Shown piece after piece: positions 1 through 12,571 of a stretch of 64,000 nucleotides of DNA (within the stretch, counting starts at the first letter, position 1; each line of letters starts with the position of its first letter). Made by a program: the position numbers and the translations under genes. The stretch is from NCBI RefSeq assembly GCF_006345805.1, contig NC_043015.1:18910001-18974000 (forward strand). Direction: 5' to 3'. Origin of the DNA: Octopus sinensis (taxonomy: Eukaryota). The notes beneath the pieces were generated by a model, which saw nothing but the letters and a program-made list of their open reading frames with translations, ran no database searches and was not told the origin of the DNA.

Positions 1-605
1 AGTTCAGTATGTGGCAAAGTAATTTATTTTACTAAGCCCTAATTATATAATGTCATATTTTGAATTAGCCTTAAATGGTCCTTTTACATACTGGACACTT
101 GGTGAAATTGATTAATTAATTAATTTTACCCTCAATTCTTGATATTATAATTCATTTCTCTCGGTCATACTGCCTCGGTTCTCGCGGTTAAAATATAATG
201 TTTGCTAGATAGACCACGTGGGTGGAATGGGGAGTGCAGAAATTTACGCCTGCGCATTTTGAATTTATTGATACTGTTAGTTGGAGTGGTTCATCTGAAG
301 CGACAAGTTCGCTGATAGGTAAAGTTCCTTCTTTTTAGTGTTTCCAAATCCAAATTAAGAAATTTTGAGCTGACGAAAGAAATGCTGATTTTATTTGGCT
401 AATCTTGAAACGTTGACGTACTCAAACGATCTATGTACTTGTGATATTTTTCTGTATTTACCTCCAAACCTTCGTGAGCTGTCTGGAGTAAACATTATCT
501 GAGAGAAATTTTCTTTAAGTAGTAAAAATGCTAAGAAAATTTTTTTGGGCTGCTATTTCTACTAAGTTCAGTATGTGGCAAAGTAATTTATTTTACTAAG
601 CCCTA

Positions 606-611
<6 letters not shown>
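1..611 (+). mobile_element. Penelope-like pseudo-LTR / retrozyme-like module ending in (TA)n
   Basis: 47 bp exact direct repeat (1-47 = 565-611), internal hammerhead at 364-426, (TA)n immediately downstream; may extend beyond the window start. Confidence 0.7.
364..426 (+). ncRNA. Type I hammerhead ribozyme
   Basis: tttgag-CTGACGA-aaga...tctt-GAAA-cgttgacg-TA-ctcaaa: stems I, II and III pair, canonical core, GUA cleavage triplet. Confidence 0.8.

Positions 612-660
<49 letters not shown>
612..660. repeat. (TA)n microsatellite
   Basis: Pure TA run. Confidence 0.95.
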
Positions 661-661
<1 letters not shown>

Positions 662-1404
662 GAGCTACATTAAACTTCACACAGGTCACCTGAGGATCGC
701 GAATTATAAACACGCTGTGGTAGCTCATTCAGACTCAGCTTTGCCTTTCATACTTCATGGATCAATAAACTATAACTGTAAGCTCGTCGGACTCTTATCT
801 TATAGTATTTCTTTGTATTCCCAGTTCAAATGCAACCATTACACCATTCATTAGCGTTTTTATGAGAGTCCACTCTGTTGCAAGCATTTGGGCCAAGCTT
901 CGATTTCAGAATAACTCCCCCCTCCACTCTACAAGTCTCGGAGACTCTGCAAAACCTTATGAGTACAGCCGTCCCTCATGACTAAAAGATGAAAAAAATG
1001 TCAGATACATATCTTATTGCAATTGGTCGTGACAGTACTGTTCCTGGTGTTTTTATAATAATGAACACGTATTTACTGTTGCTAAACGGCTACTTAAACA
1101 CTTGAAAAAGATTTCCAGTGGCAGACATATAAATTAGCTTCTAAAGCATTTTGTTTCTTGAGAAACGAAAATTAAAAATTAAGTGACATTACATTTCTAT
1201 CTTTGATTATGACTGAGATATCGATTTATCCGAAATTAATTACTTTAATCAAACATACCACACACACACACGCACACACGCACACACACATACACACGCG
1301 CACGTACACACACACAAACACACACAAACACACACAAACAAACAAGCAAGCAAGCAAACAAACAACCCCCGCCTCCCAGAAAACAGCTTGAGCACAAAAC
1401 ATAT

Positions 1405-2900
1405 AATAACTTTGAATGGTTTCGGCCAGTATAGGCCCAGGCCATGTCTAATGTAATAGCACCATCTGGTGAAATCTTTTAGTCATATATGGGACACCAT
1501 GGCCAACTCCAGCAAAGAGTTATTATTGTTGGGGTGTAGGAGGATGGTTCGGAATTTTTTGAAGAAATTTGTCCAGAGAACTTTTGAATTTTATGGGTTC
1601 CGTTTCTGTTTTGACGTATTTTGATATGATACTAAAGAGAGCTGGACCGGTTGAGGTAAAGTAGTTGTATGTGTCCTGAGTTAGATTTTTGTAGTGGGCG
1701 AGTAGCACGGGAGCTAAGTCTTGGGTGGATTTTAAAATTGATGCCAACATCATTTGCGCAATATTGATGGAATATTTTCCACATCACACAAATGATGTAG
1801 CGCTCCCGACGGCGTTGGAGAGACTAGAGATTAAACTTTTTGAGTTGACTCCAATAGCTAATGCCTGTCATGCCGTCTAATCTTTCATGTTATTGACTTC
1901 TGGAGTGCTTCCACTTTCATAATAAGTTGCTTCGTGTGGGGAGACCACAGTGGGCAGCAATATCAAGGTGGGATCAGGCAAAAGTAGAGTAGAGAAGGAT
2001 GATGGTGTGGGTGTCTCTAGATTGGAAAGTTCTCAGAAACCAGGAGCAGATCTTGTGGGCCAGGTCAACCTTGCTGTTTACGTGGGAACTCCAACTTAGA
2101 TTGTTATCAACAATTACTTCAAGTTCTGTGGTGTTGTTGGATGACACTAAAGAGTCGCCCGATGGAAGGTCATATGGCAGTTTCAGAGCATCCACTTTTC
2201 TAAAGTGGATCAAATTAGACTTATCTTCATTTAGAAGCAAATTGTTCTTTTCCGCCCATTGGAAAACAGCAAACAGATCCGACTGATGGCATGTTCGGTC
2301 TCTCATACTGTTTATGGCCTCCTGGAGTTTGGAATCTTCTGCAAAGATTTTCAATGTAGAATGTTTGATGACGTCTACTAAGCTATTGACGTACAGTAGA
2401 TAATGAAAGGAGTGGGCCCAAAATAGTACCTTGTGGGACACCACAACTGACTTTGGCTGAGCTTGATCGGATTACCTCAAACATAACATGTTGGGTTCTG
2501 TTCGTTAGGAAACACTTTATCCACTGCAGCAGCTTTCTACAGACTCCAATGTTGGACAGTTTCTTCAGCAGGATTTTGTGGCCACTCTGTCAAATGCTTT
2601 GCTGAAATCAAGGTATATGACGTCAGTGTTGGAGCTTTTAGAAAGTCATGAAAATGATACAGAAGCTGCGACAGGCAGTCCCTACCATCACAGAAACCAT
2701 GCTGGTTGGGGTTCAGCAGATTGTTGTCTTCGAGGAAGTGAGTTATTCGTGATCTCACCACCCTTCCAAATACTTTAATGATATGAGAGGAGAGTGAAAT
2801 CGGACGGTAGTTCGTTGCAAGAGATTTCTTTCCCTTTTTGAAAACTGGAACGACAGACTAGAAAGAAAAATGACCAGGAATGTAACCTGCGACAAGTGAG
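1405..2900 (-). mobile_element. Decayed CR1-group/jockey-like LINE, RT and 3' region
   Basis: ORF fragments NNLLNPNQHGF, GVPQGT (2440-2423), LKIFAEDSKL and IVDNNLSWSSHV, with frameshifts and stops. Confidence 0.85.
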
Positions 2901-3002
2901 TTCCTCTAGAACTCAGCTAGACAAAATGAGTAATGAGTAATTTGAATAATCTCTTCGCTTTAACTGCATGGTGCATAAATGTATCAGGAAGAGAGCCAGG
3001 GG

Positions 3003-3411
3003 GAATTCTGCTTTAATTACCCCATGTAACATCTCTATTTCTAGTTTTTGGAATTTTCAGAAAATTTTTGCGAATTTATATTCTACATATAGGAATTCAT
3101 ACAGCTATGAAAAAACAAGAAAAAAGTTTTTTTGCGTCTGATTTAAGGGCTATTTGGCTGTCATTTCTAGCTCATCTCACGACCACCTGATAGCCTTCTT
3201 CTATCATTGTTACTTTAGCGTATCGATGTTTTTCAATATTTTTCTCTCCATAAACACGCTTAATGGTCTATTGCCGTATTGAAGTCAAAATTTAAGACTA
3301 CTTAAAAAATACAAAACAAAATTTCATAATTGTATGAATCCTCGTGTATTTTGAAAATTCCCCAAAATTAAGATGTTATTAGGGTTATATGGGGTGTTTA
3401 AACCAGAATTC
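3003..3411. mobile_element. MITE-like or fold-back element with imperfect inverted ends
   Basis: gaattctgctttaattaccccatgtaac vs gttatatggggtgtttaaaccagaattc; further internal inverted blocks around 3092-3112 and 3322-3342. Confidence 0.5.
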
Positions 3412-3849
3412 TGCAGAGGGCCACTTCAGCAGATCGTGAAGAAGCTATAGAGAATATTTTGTTTTTTGATTTATTCAAATTTCGTTAATTTCATATTATG
3501 TTATTTTCCTATGATTCAATATCATTTGACGTAGATATTGATGTGTATGGGTTTTTTCAAATGTAATTCTAGAGAATTGAAGAGGCTAATTTATCTGTCT
3601 TTCCTTACTCATTTTGACCCATCTAAATTTGTCTTTTATATGCTCAAAGAGATTAAAGGTAATTCTCTGAAATGGTGTTCTGAATATGTTATAGTGATTT
3701 TAATACATTTTAGAGGTTAGTTGATGTAGTTCTTGTTAGATAGTGAACATTTATAAAAATATTTTTTTCCTCAAAGCCAAAAATGCAGTAAATGTTACTT
3801 ATTGTGCCCCACCACCCCTTACTGGAGACAGGAAAAACAGACTTTCATA

Positions 3850-4706
3850 ATATTATTTATTATTACGGCAGCAAAGTCTACTTGCCACACTTCTCGGTCT
3901 ATCATCACTTCGAGGTCTTGAATATATTTGAGGTCAGTGTCTGCAATCAAATTTTCGATGTGTTACAATGTTTTCTCCTGCTTACATCACCATAAAGTGG
4001 ACTCCACAAAACTAATTTGGTTGCTGCCAGCTTAATATGGCGCACGCAGTGATCAGATAGTCGCAGCTGTCTTAGCGTGATCTTATCGCTAACCTCGGTA
4101 GGTCTCCATAAAGGCAATTCATTTGTCATGTGTTGCTCTCATTTCGAATTTAGAGCCATTTGTAGCAACCTTGTGTAGCATGTATTTGGCCCATTTGACA
4201 ATTTCTTCGTCAGTAACCATCTTTAACTACCATATATTAGCACTGATTAAACATTTGCAATGAACAGCTTCATTTTGATTTGCCTGGGCAATTTGGTATT
4301 CCAGATTTTCTTTAGTTTATGACAGGCTGTCCATGGTTGCGTCTTACTGATCTTGATGTCTGCTTCCCCGCTGCTCACCCAACCACCTAAGTACTTGAAG
4401 TCTTCAGTAACATTCAATTTGGAACCACTCAGAACAAACAGTTTAGTATCACTTGATTGGTTGAAAAACATGTATTTCGTTTTCTTGATGTTTGCGTGCA
4501 GTCCTATCTTTGCAGCTGATGCTTCTACTCTGCTGAACAGCTGTTGCGCTTGATCTATTAGACAAGAGTGCTGTATTACCTGCGAACTCCAGGTCTTTGT
4601 CACTGTTGTCTATTGGATTATGCATTGCAAAATCCAATACAATTACAAACAGATATAGTGCAAGCGTATCTCAGTGTAGCGCCCCAGCTAGTATTTCAGA
4701 GAATTC
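3850..4706 (-). mobile_element. RTE-clade LINE, C-terminal RT and 3' segment
   Basis: EILAGALH*DTLALYLFVIVLDFAM, IGLHANIKKTKYM, EDFKYLGGW, LKKIW. Confidence 0.85.
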
Positions 4707-5277
4707 AAAGTTCCAAAAATTGACTGAAAGAGGGAAAAGCTGCTGGCCCTGATGAAATGCCCACGGAAGTTATCAAGAGGTTGCAATCTGGATGAAACAA
4801 TACTAGAGTTTGCGAATAAGCTCTTGCAGAACCAAGAAACTCCAGATCAGTGGTTTGAGATTAACTCGATACCAATCCCCAAATCAGGAAACCTCAGCAA
4901 TGAAATTGATTACAGAGGAATTGCACTGTCCAATATCTCACTCAAAGTCATCAACCGAATGATCCTCAACAGGATTCAACAGGTGCTTGATAGCCTTATA
5001 AGACCAAATCAGAATGGATTTAGACCAGGAAGAGCCACAACATCTCAGATCTTAGCCCTGGAGCATATAATAGGAGTTAAATCAGGACAGCTATCTGCCA
5101 TTATAACCTTCGTGGACTTCAGTAACTGGTTTGATAGCGCTCATCGTTATAAAATATTGAAGATCCTTCAAGGATATGGCATTCCAGAAGAACAAGTTCT
5201 TGCTATTGCGAAGCCCTACGACAAGACCAGAACTCGTATATTGTCATCAGATGGAGAAATGGAATTCTTTCGGAATA
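4707..5277 (+). mobile_element. RTE-clade LINE, N-terminal RT segment, inverted relative to the adjacent 3' segment
   Basis: ORF 4752-5375: IPIPKSGNLS..DYRGIAL, QNGFRPGRATT, FVDFS, YGIPEE, DGEMEFF. Confidence 0.85.
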
Positions 5278-5784
5278 GCTGTCCCATATATGTTGGAATT
5301 TCGCAAATTTTGTCAGGATTTTCCCTTTTTTGTTCATGTATTACAACACAACGAAGAGAAGTTTTTTTTTTTTAAATAAAAGTTTTAAAAGTCCATGTCT
5401 TTTCAATGTTTGTCTCTCCCCTCACACAAACACATTCATTGTACCTTTGGAACAACTACCACTAAAATGATATACTTTTGTTTTTCGTAATTTTCTGTCA
5501 TTTTATCGTATTCTACATTCTGAAACACTTGTAACTCGCATTAAAGGAAAAAATCTTCCCCTTCTTCCCCACTTCATTGCACTTTTCATGATAAAGGAAA
5601 AGTCAAACACTTCAAGGGAATGTGCGAGAAAAAAAATTTGAATTTTGAAAAGTGTATCTATAAAGCGACATTTTCAGTCGTTTATTTAAACTATCCCTGC
5701 TACCTCGTCAAATACAATTACTTGCAATGGATGAGTTTTGAGATATAAATTTGATAATTTTCCTAAGTTCTAATTCTCGTGCAT

Positions 5785-5841
5785 GAGAGGGACCACCGAA
5801 TTTGAAGTGCCCCGGGCCTCCATGGTTTAAATTCGGTCCTG
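5785..5841. mobile_element. Possible hAT-type MITE end
   Basis: gccccgggcctcc...taaattcggtcctg resembles the ...ccggccctg ends of hAT MITEs; partner end not found. Confidence 0.3.
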
Positions 5842-8800
5842 TATGTACGTGGCTTTTTTGTGCATATTAATTAATGCATCTCTAACTATACATATAACTT
5901 TGTTCACGTTTCATTTCAGTTTGTTTTCTCACACGATTCCTTTCTTCTTCCTTCCTATAAATTATCTTTCAGTGTAATTATGCCTGTATGTACGTTTGCT
6001 TTGTTTCTGCGTGTTCACATATAGACATGACTTTATGCATTCATCTAAATATTATACGATTGTTTCCATTCATTCGATCCACGTCGAAGATGCATACATG
6101 CCTCTATCTGTATTTTATTTGTTTATGCTTGTGAGTCTCACATTATCTATGTACTTAATGTAGTTTTTATTTTGATATCATGCTATTATATTCGTTTGAA
6201 CAATTTATGTCTAAAGTGTAAAAGTGCCTGTACCTATACTTTTTAACCTTTCAATTTTCCACGCCTAAGGTGTACCTATATTTTTATTTTATTTGTTTTG
6301 TTTATGCGCAATAGAGAAGTATGCTGATACATATTCGTACATTTGGGAATATATATATATGAGTATATACACATATAAGTGCATATATATATGTGTGTTT
6401 GTATGTGTGTGTGTGTGTGTGTGTATGTGTGTGTGTGTGTGTGTGTGTGCATGTATTTCGGTCCAGATATATATCTGTGGGCTTATTATTATATGTATTT
6501 ATATATAGGTATATATTTTGTATGCGCACGTCTACATAGTTTCTATCTACGCGCGTGTGTGTGTGTGTAGACCCGTTTACTCATATATATATGTATATAC
6601 ATACAAGTAACTATCAGCTGTCAGCTATATTTTGCATTTTTCTTCTTTCTCTATATCCCCTTCCCTTCTATACCCATAAGAGCTTTTAGTACTTATTTTA
6701 TCTCTCATAAACGATAAACATTCCAATTTTCAAAGCTGGTCTTCTGGATTTGTGACCAGATGATAAACATTAATGAGGATATAATCTAATCAAGCATCTA
6801 CTAAAATTTGGGTCTGCTGATAAGAAGCTGAAACTACATTCATATCTTTTTGCTAAAGTAATTGGCATCTAAGGCATACCATTGATTCTTTACCAACTCC
6901 AATATCCTCTGCCGTTTTTTTTTCTGCTACCCAGGGGTTTTTGAATTCTCTGCAGCGGATATTTTCAACTAAAATGACCGCATGTACCTGACAAGAAAAC
7001 ACACCGGAGAGTTACAGGACATTCGTAATGTTACGTATCCTACAGTCTATGTATTTTGAAACAATTGTAATACTCTTCCTTCCCATTTATTTATAAATGA
7101 AGTTGTACATCGGGATTTTCAGTTTAATCACGATAGAGGCCGAATTACATTTGTTCATGTCACTCTGATTTCACTGTTTTCTTGCATCATTGTTTCAGTT
7201 TACTCTTTTCTTCCGAATTTGCTGGCTAGACAATCTCTTTCTTCAATTAAACTGATAAGGTTACTTCTATTTGCTTTACCGTGAATCAGAATGCATTTAG
7301 ACTATTATATGCACTTTTATTTATTTTAATAATTTAAACTATTTTAACTATTTTCTGGAAAACTGTTTACATTTTATTTTAACATTGTTGAAATCTACCA
7401 GATTTTAAGATACCCATTTGAAGATACGAAGAAGCGAGTTGGATTCATTATAGATTGTTGAAGGCTAAACAGAAACTATATATATATAATAAACTGAAAA
7501 TTGATGAATTGGAAAGTAAACTAATTCAAGGACTCTGAAAAAGTAAAGGACACTGCCATGCCTCTTCTAAATCATGAAACTCCAGTCTTTAGATCATTAT
7601 TCTGGAAGTCCTCAAGTCCTTTAAATAACTAATAGTTTACAGAACATTGCTTTTTAGTACCTAATATTCGAAAACCAGTTTTAGACTAGTGGTAAAGTTT
7701 TAAATATTTAAATAACACATGTTTTATGTTTCCATGGCATAATGTTCCAGTTGTAGTTGATGGAGATAAACTCTCAAAGTTAAATTAGTTTTTAAGAATG
7801 CTGGCAAAATTGTTTACATGGCATAACCTAAAGTCACAGCAAAACGAACAGTGTAATCAATAAAACAAAGTATCTCCAATCAGTAATTAGTGAAACAAGA
7901 TGTACATAGTTATTATTCAAAGAAAGACAGTTAACAACAAGGGCACTAATTTCTAGCCTGTCAGCACCTCATTAAGACAAGGAAATTAGATTACAACTGG
8001 CACCACAAGAACTCTCTTTCTGTTTGTTTCATATTTATTCACTGTCAATTACCGTATGTTTTTATAATTTCTTGATTTTTAGTATTATTTTTGTTAGAGA
8101 ACTTGGAGCAGAAGTCTAAATAATTACAAAACCCATGGAAAGTTATAAATGAAGATAATGACACTAATTTAACCCTCTCAATACTCTAATCAACATTAGT
8201 TGGGCAAGTTTCTGTCTCATCAACTTATTTACAACTAACTTCCCTTATGTCTTTTTTCTAATAAAACACAAAGAGATTCTTACCTACCCCCACCAAAAAA
8301 CAAACAAACAAACCTTTGTATATTATGTTAGATAATAACCCAGCAAAGAATAAGAAGATATTTTTTTATTTATAATTAACAGCATATGAGTCATTTAGGG
8401 CTTATTTTTTATGTATTCAAAACAATCTCTGCATAATTTAGTGAAGGAATCAATTTAATTCGTGTCAAATAAAAGTAAGTTCAATATGACCAATTCTGAG
8501 ATATTTTAGTGTGGTGTATAAATGTGTAAGTTATTTACTAAAAATAAGGCAACTTTGACATACTCTTAATTGTGGCAGCATTGTGATGCTTATTTTCTAC
8601 AATGAAGGCAAAAGGGTTGCATGGGGCAGTGGACACTTGGAAATTAAAAGATAATGACCTCAAAAGATCTTTGATTGGCTTATTGTAGATATTCAGAAGG
8701 TAACAGACTTTGGCTTTAAACCTTTCACTCATTATATCTGTGGAATATACCTTTTGGAAACAATCCATTGAAGCTTTACTCTCAGAGGCCTAATTAAAGC

Positions 8801-9132
8801 CTGATGCGCTAGAGTTCTTTCACTATACAGAGTCTACGTAGAATATTTTGTAGAAGTACAAGAACATACATTTCTGTGAGAGTGGACTGCCAAATGAATC
8901 CCCTGCAACTCTTTATTGATATTTATTTTATAAACCCCAAAAGAATGAAAAGCAAAGTCGACCGGTTTCAATAGGGTTGACACTAACAAAGGAAAAAGTG
9001 GAAATTATATAGTGGAAAAAAATTAATACACCGTCAGACTGATTCTGCTGTTCACTATCATAATAACTATTTTAAAATTAAATACAAGTGGAGATTAGAA
9101 AAACAGTAACTATATAGAAAATTTGTATAGAG

Positions 9133-9171
<39 letters not shown>

Positions 9172-9379
9172 ACATATGTCCTAAAACACACCGTACCCTA
9201 GAAACAATCAGAGAAACACACATATCTCAGAGTGCTTCAAAGTTTCTCACCCCCAGTTGTCGTCTCTGATATATATTTATAGCAGGTGGATTAAGATGTT
9301 CCATAATTGCCAAAATTCAATTATTTTAGAACAACGCTTCTTTCGCAGCCCATACTTTCAAATGATACTCGAAAAGATG

Positions 9380-10740
9380 TTGACAAAGCTATAAGCATTT
9401 CCAGGGTTGGTAAATCAATACCAAGTGTATATCCCAAATATACATAAAGTAAAGGTACCACTTAATGAATTACTAAAAAATGCCAAATGGTTTTGGAGAG
9501 AGAAATGTCAGAAAGCATTTAATGAGTTAAAAGATGTGTTAACTTCTGACTTGTATCTTACACAGTTCGGCCCAAAGTTAGAGATAATACTAGCTACAGA
9601 TGCTAGTGAGTATGGGATAGGAGCCGTGCCCCTACATAAGGATAGCTGGAGAAAGGTCATAGCTCACACATCAAGGACATTATTGCCGACGGAAAAGAGC
9701 TATAGCTAGACTGAAAAAGAGGCGTTGGTTATTATCATATTTGGCATGAATAAGTTCTATAGGTTCATTCACGGCAGACGTTTTTGGTTGCAAACGAACT
9801 ATAGACCTCTAATAACGATATACGGATCCAAGAAAGGAATCCCGAGCCGTACGGCAAACAGACTGCAGCGGTGAGGGTACGATTCTATTAAACTACGATT
9901 ATAGAATGGAATGTCTACCTTCAAAAATGTTGGGGCATTTCCGAGAAATAACGAACCTCTGGAGGACACCATAATAGCAGCGCTAAGAGCGGAATCAGAA
10001 ACAAAAAAAAAGTGATGTGGAACATCGTGCGTGAACTACCAGTAACTTTGGAAGGAATAAAAAGAAATGCGAGAAATGACAAATATATTAATGAGACAAA
10101 AAGAAAACTGTGGTCGACAAAAGAAATAAAGAAAGGTCTGATGTAAAGAACCGCCCAGATGTGATGGTGTACTAATGTACGTTCTAAGGGTAGACATTTC
10201 AGAAGAGAATGCTAAAAGAGTTCCATGTGGGACATCCAGACATCTCTAGAATAAAAGCGTTGATGCAAAGTTTCGAATACTAGCCAAGCATGAACTAAGA
10301 AGTTGAAAACCTAGTAAAATGTTGCAGAGGATGTGTGCTGGCAGCGAAACTACCTACTACAAAATGTGAACCTTAGCCGGAAGTGAAAATACCATGGTTC
10401 TGATTGCATATCGATTTTGTAGGCCCGGTAAATGGATATTATTACTTAGTACTGATCAGCTACATAAAACGGTTTGAGGTCACGCAGTGTAAATGACCAA
10501 CCTCATATACGGAAATAAACTTCTTATGCAAGCTGTTCGCAAGTTTTGTTGCACCGGATATAATTGTTTCTGATAACAGAACACAGTTTGTATCCTGTGA
10601 GTTTAAAAGATTCTGCGAAATGTTCACGTTAGGACATAAAATATTGCACCGTATTATCCTAGATTGAATGGGAGGGCAGAACGGCTCGTGTACACTTTTA
10701 AGAGAGCTTTAAGGAAACTTAATAAGGAAGCCACGTACAA
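9380..10740 (+). mobile_element. Ty3/gypsy pol remnant (RT connection, RNase H, integrase)
   Basis: ILATDASEYGIGAV, TEKSYS, LHIDFVGP, PDIIVSDNRTQF, NGRAERLVYTFKRAL; many stops. Confidence 0.9.
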
Positions 10741-10911
10741 CTGTTGAGTCGTCAGCATTTTTCAGGCTGGTAAACAGTTCACTGTGATTCGTTGATATAG
10801 AGTGTTGAGTCTTGTGTAATAGTAATAGTAATGCGTCGTGTATATACATTCTTCCCCCTACTTCGTTATATTATATATCCAATATAAGGATATATAAACT
10901 CACGACATATT

Positions 10912-11075
10912 GTAGTGGCGGTGGTGGTGGTGGTGATGATGGTGGTGGTGTTGATGATGATGATGACGGTGACGATTTTGATAATGATGATGAAAACGAC
11001 GATGTTGTTGTTGTTGATGATGATGATTACGACGATGCTAATGATAATGATGATAACAACAACGACGATGATTAT
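10912..11075. repeat. (GGT)/(GAT)/(GTT) compound trinucleotide repeat
   Basis: Visible low-complexity tract. Confidence 0.9.
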
Positions 11076-12193
11076 GTATTTCATATGCAAGCCTCTGGCC
11101 ATGTATTTGACCATATTGTTTCTCTTAGTTCATTTTGTTTAACTTATGAAAATTACCTGATCCATAAATGTGTTCCATTTTTGTATATGTCTATGTCTCT
11201 TGGTTGCTTGAGATAGGTTGGGACAACTGTTGTGCTAATGACACCTACTGGGGCAGAAACACGTGTCCACGATTGTCCTCTTCGGACGATAATCAGATAA
11301 TAATACTTCCTTTTTCTGAACGGCATGTCAACTCCTGTAGATTCTTGATTCTTGAGATTCTCTCTTTTTCTTGTATGAAGCTTTCTCGTATGTCATGACC
11401 AGTCTAACATATGCTCTAGAGGGGGAGATAATCTAATAAATCAAAAAATTATGATGTATGGTTTTTGATTTCTCTTATTTCATTTGTTTATATATGCATA
11501 TGTGTGTGTATAATATTCACCAGAGAACTTTAAGTTATAGTCGTGTAGACTTCCACAGGTTTACATTTTAAATAGTATTAAACTAAATGATAATAATTAG
11601 CGACAGTCAAGTAATAAAATAATAAAATTTGATTTTAATAAAGAAAAGAAAAGGAAGAGTAAACAGTCATAATGCAGAAGCAAATTTGGGCCAGAAAAAA
11701 ATTATGAATCTTAAAATAAGCTCACTTTATCTAAAATATCAGCAGAGTAGGTAAAAAGAGTATTACTCACCTTCCTGTTACGTTACCCAGCGCTTCGACA
11801 AATAAAAGCCGGAAAATGAAGTACGAGACCCAGTCATAAATAAACGCTAAAGCTAAATGCTCGAAACTGGCATCACAATGTGGCCACAAAGTAAGGAACT
11901 GAGACCAGTGAAAGTGTTTCTATTATAATGAGGCATATCTACAAACACATATACACAGAAATACACACACACAAGTACGATCTGAAATGTCCCATTTTTT
12001 CTCTATCCTGAAGACGGAAGCCGGGTATATCCAATGTTTATTTGCTTCCATTACTGGTTGTATATTTGGTGAAGTACATCTGACAACATTATGAAGGATT
12101 TCTTAGCCCCCATATACAGCTGTCGGACTTGTAACACCATACCTTCTTTCCTTTAATTTTCTGTCTTTTGTTCTCTGTATAAGTTTGCTCTGT

Positions 12194-12231
<38 letters not shown>

Positions 12232-12233
<2 letters not shown>

Positions 12234-12531
12234 TTATCAGTAACAATAAAGGGTGAAATTAATTAATTTGGAATAATTATTAATTACACCAAGTAGATTT
12301 CGGCATGTAAAAGCCTCATTCGAGGAAAATTTAAGTAATACTAAGCAATTAAGGGTTTAGCAACGAATTGCCTCACCACACACACCGAATTTAGAAATAG
12401 CAGTCAAAGAGTTATAGCTATTCTTTCTACTAAAAGGGAGATCTCAGTAAAAACACAGCACTTTCAAGTGCTGTGTTTTTCTAAATTCGGTGTGTGGTGA
12501 GGCAATTCGTTGCTAAACCCTTAATTGCTTA

Positions 12532-12535
<4 letters not shown>
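12232..12535 (-). mobile_element. Penelope-like terminal fragment with fold-back, inserted in (TA)n
   Basis: Inverted arms 12338-12397 / 12478-12535, hairpin 12449-12480, (TA)n on both sides, similarity to the 1-611 module. Confidence 0.65.

Positions 12536-12571
<36 letters not shown>

Noticed and set aside
10812-11216. Gly/Asp-rich ORF
   Set aside because: Product of a trinucleotide microsatellite.
12290-12330. Minus-strand GAATGA-ggc..gcc-GAAA as a hammerhead
   Set aside because: The core is non-canonical, stems I and III do not form, and the homologous segment at about 65-105 lacks the motif.
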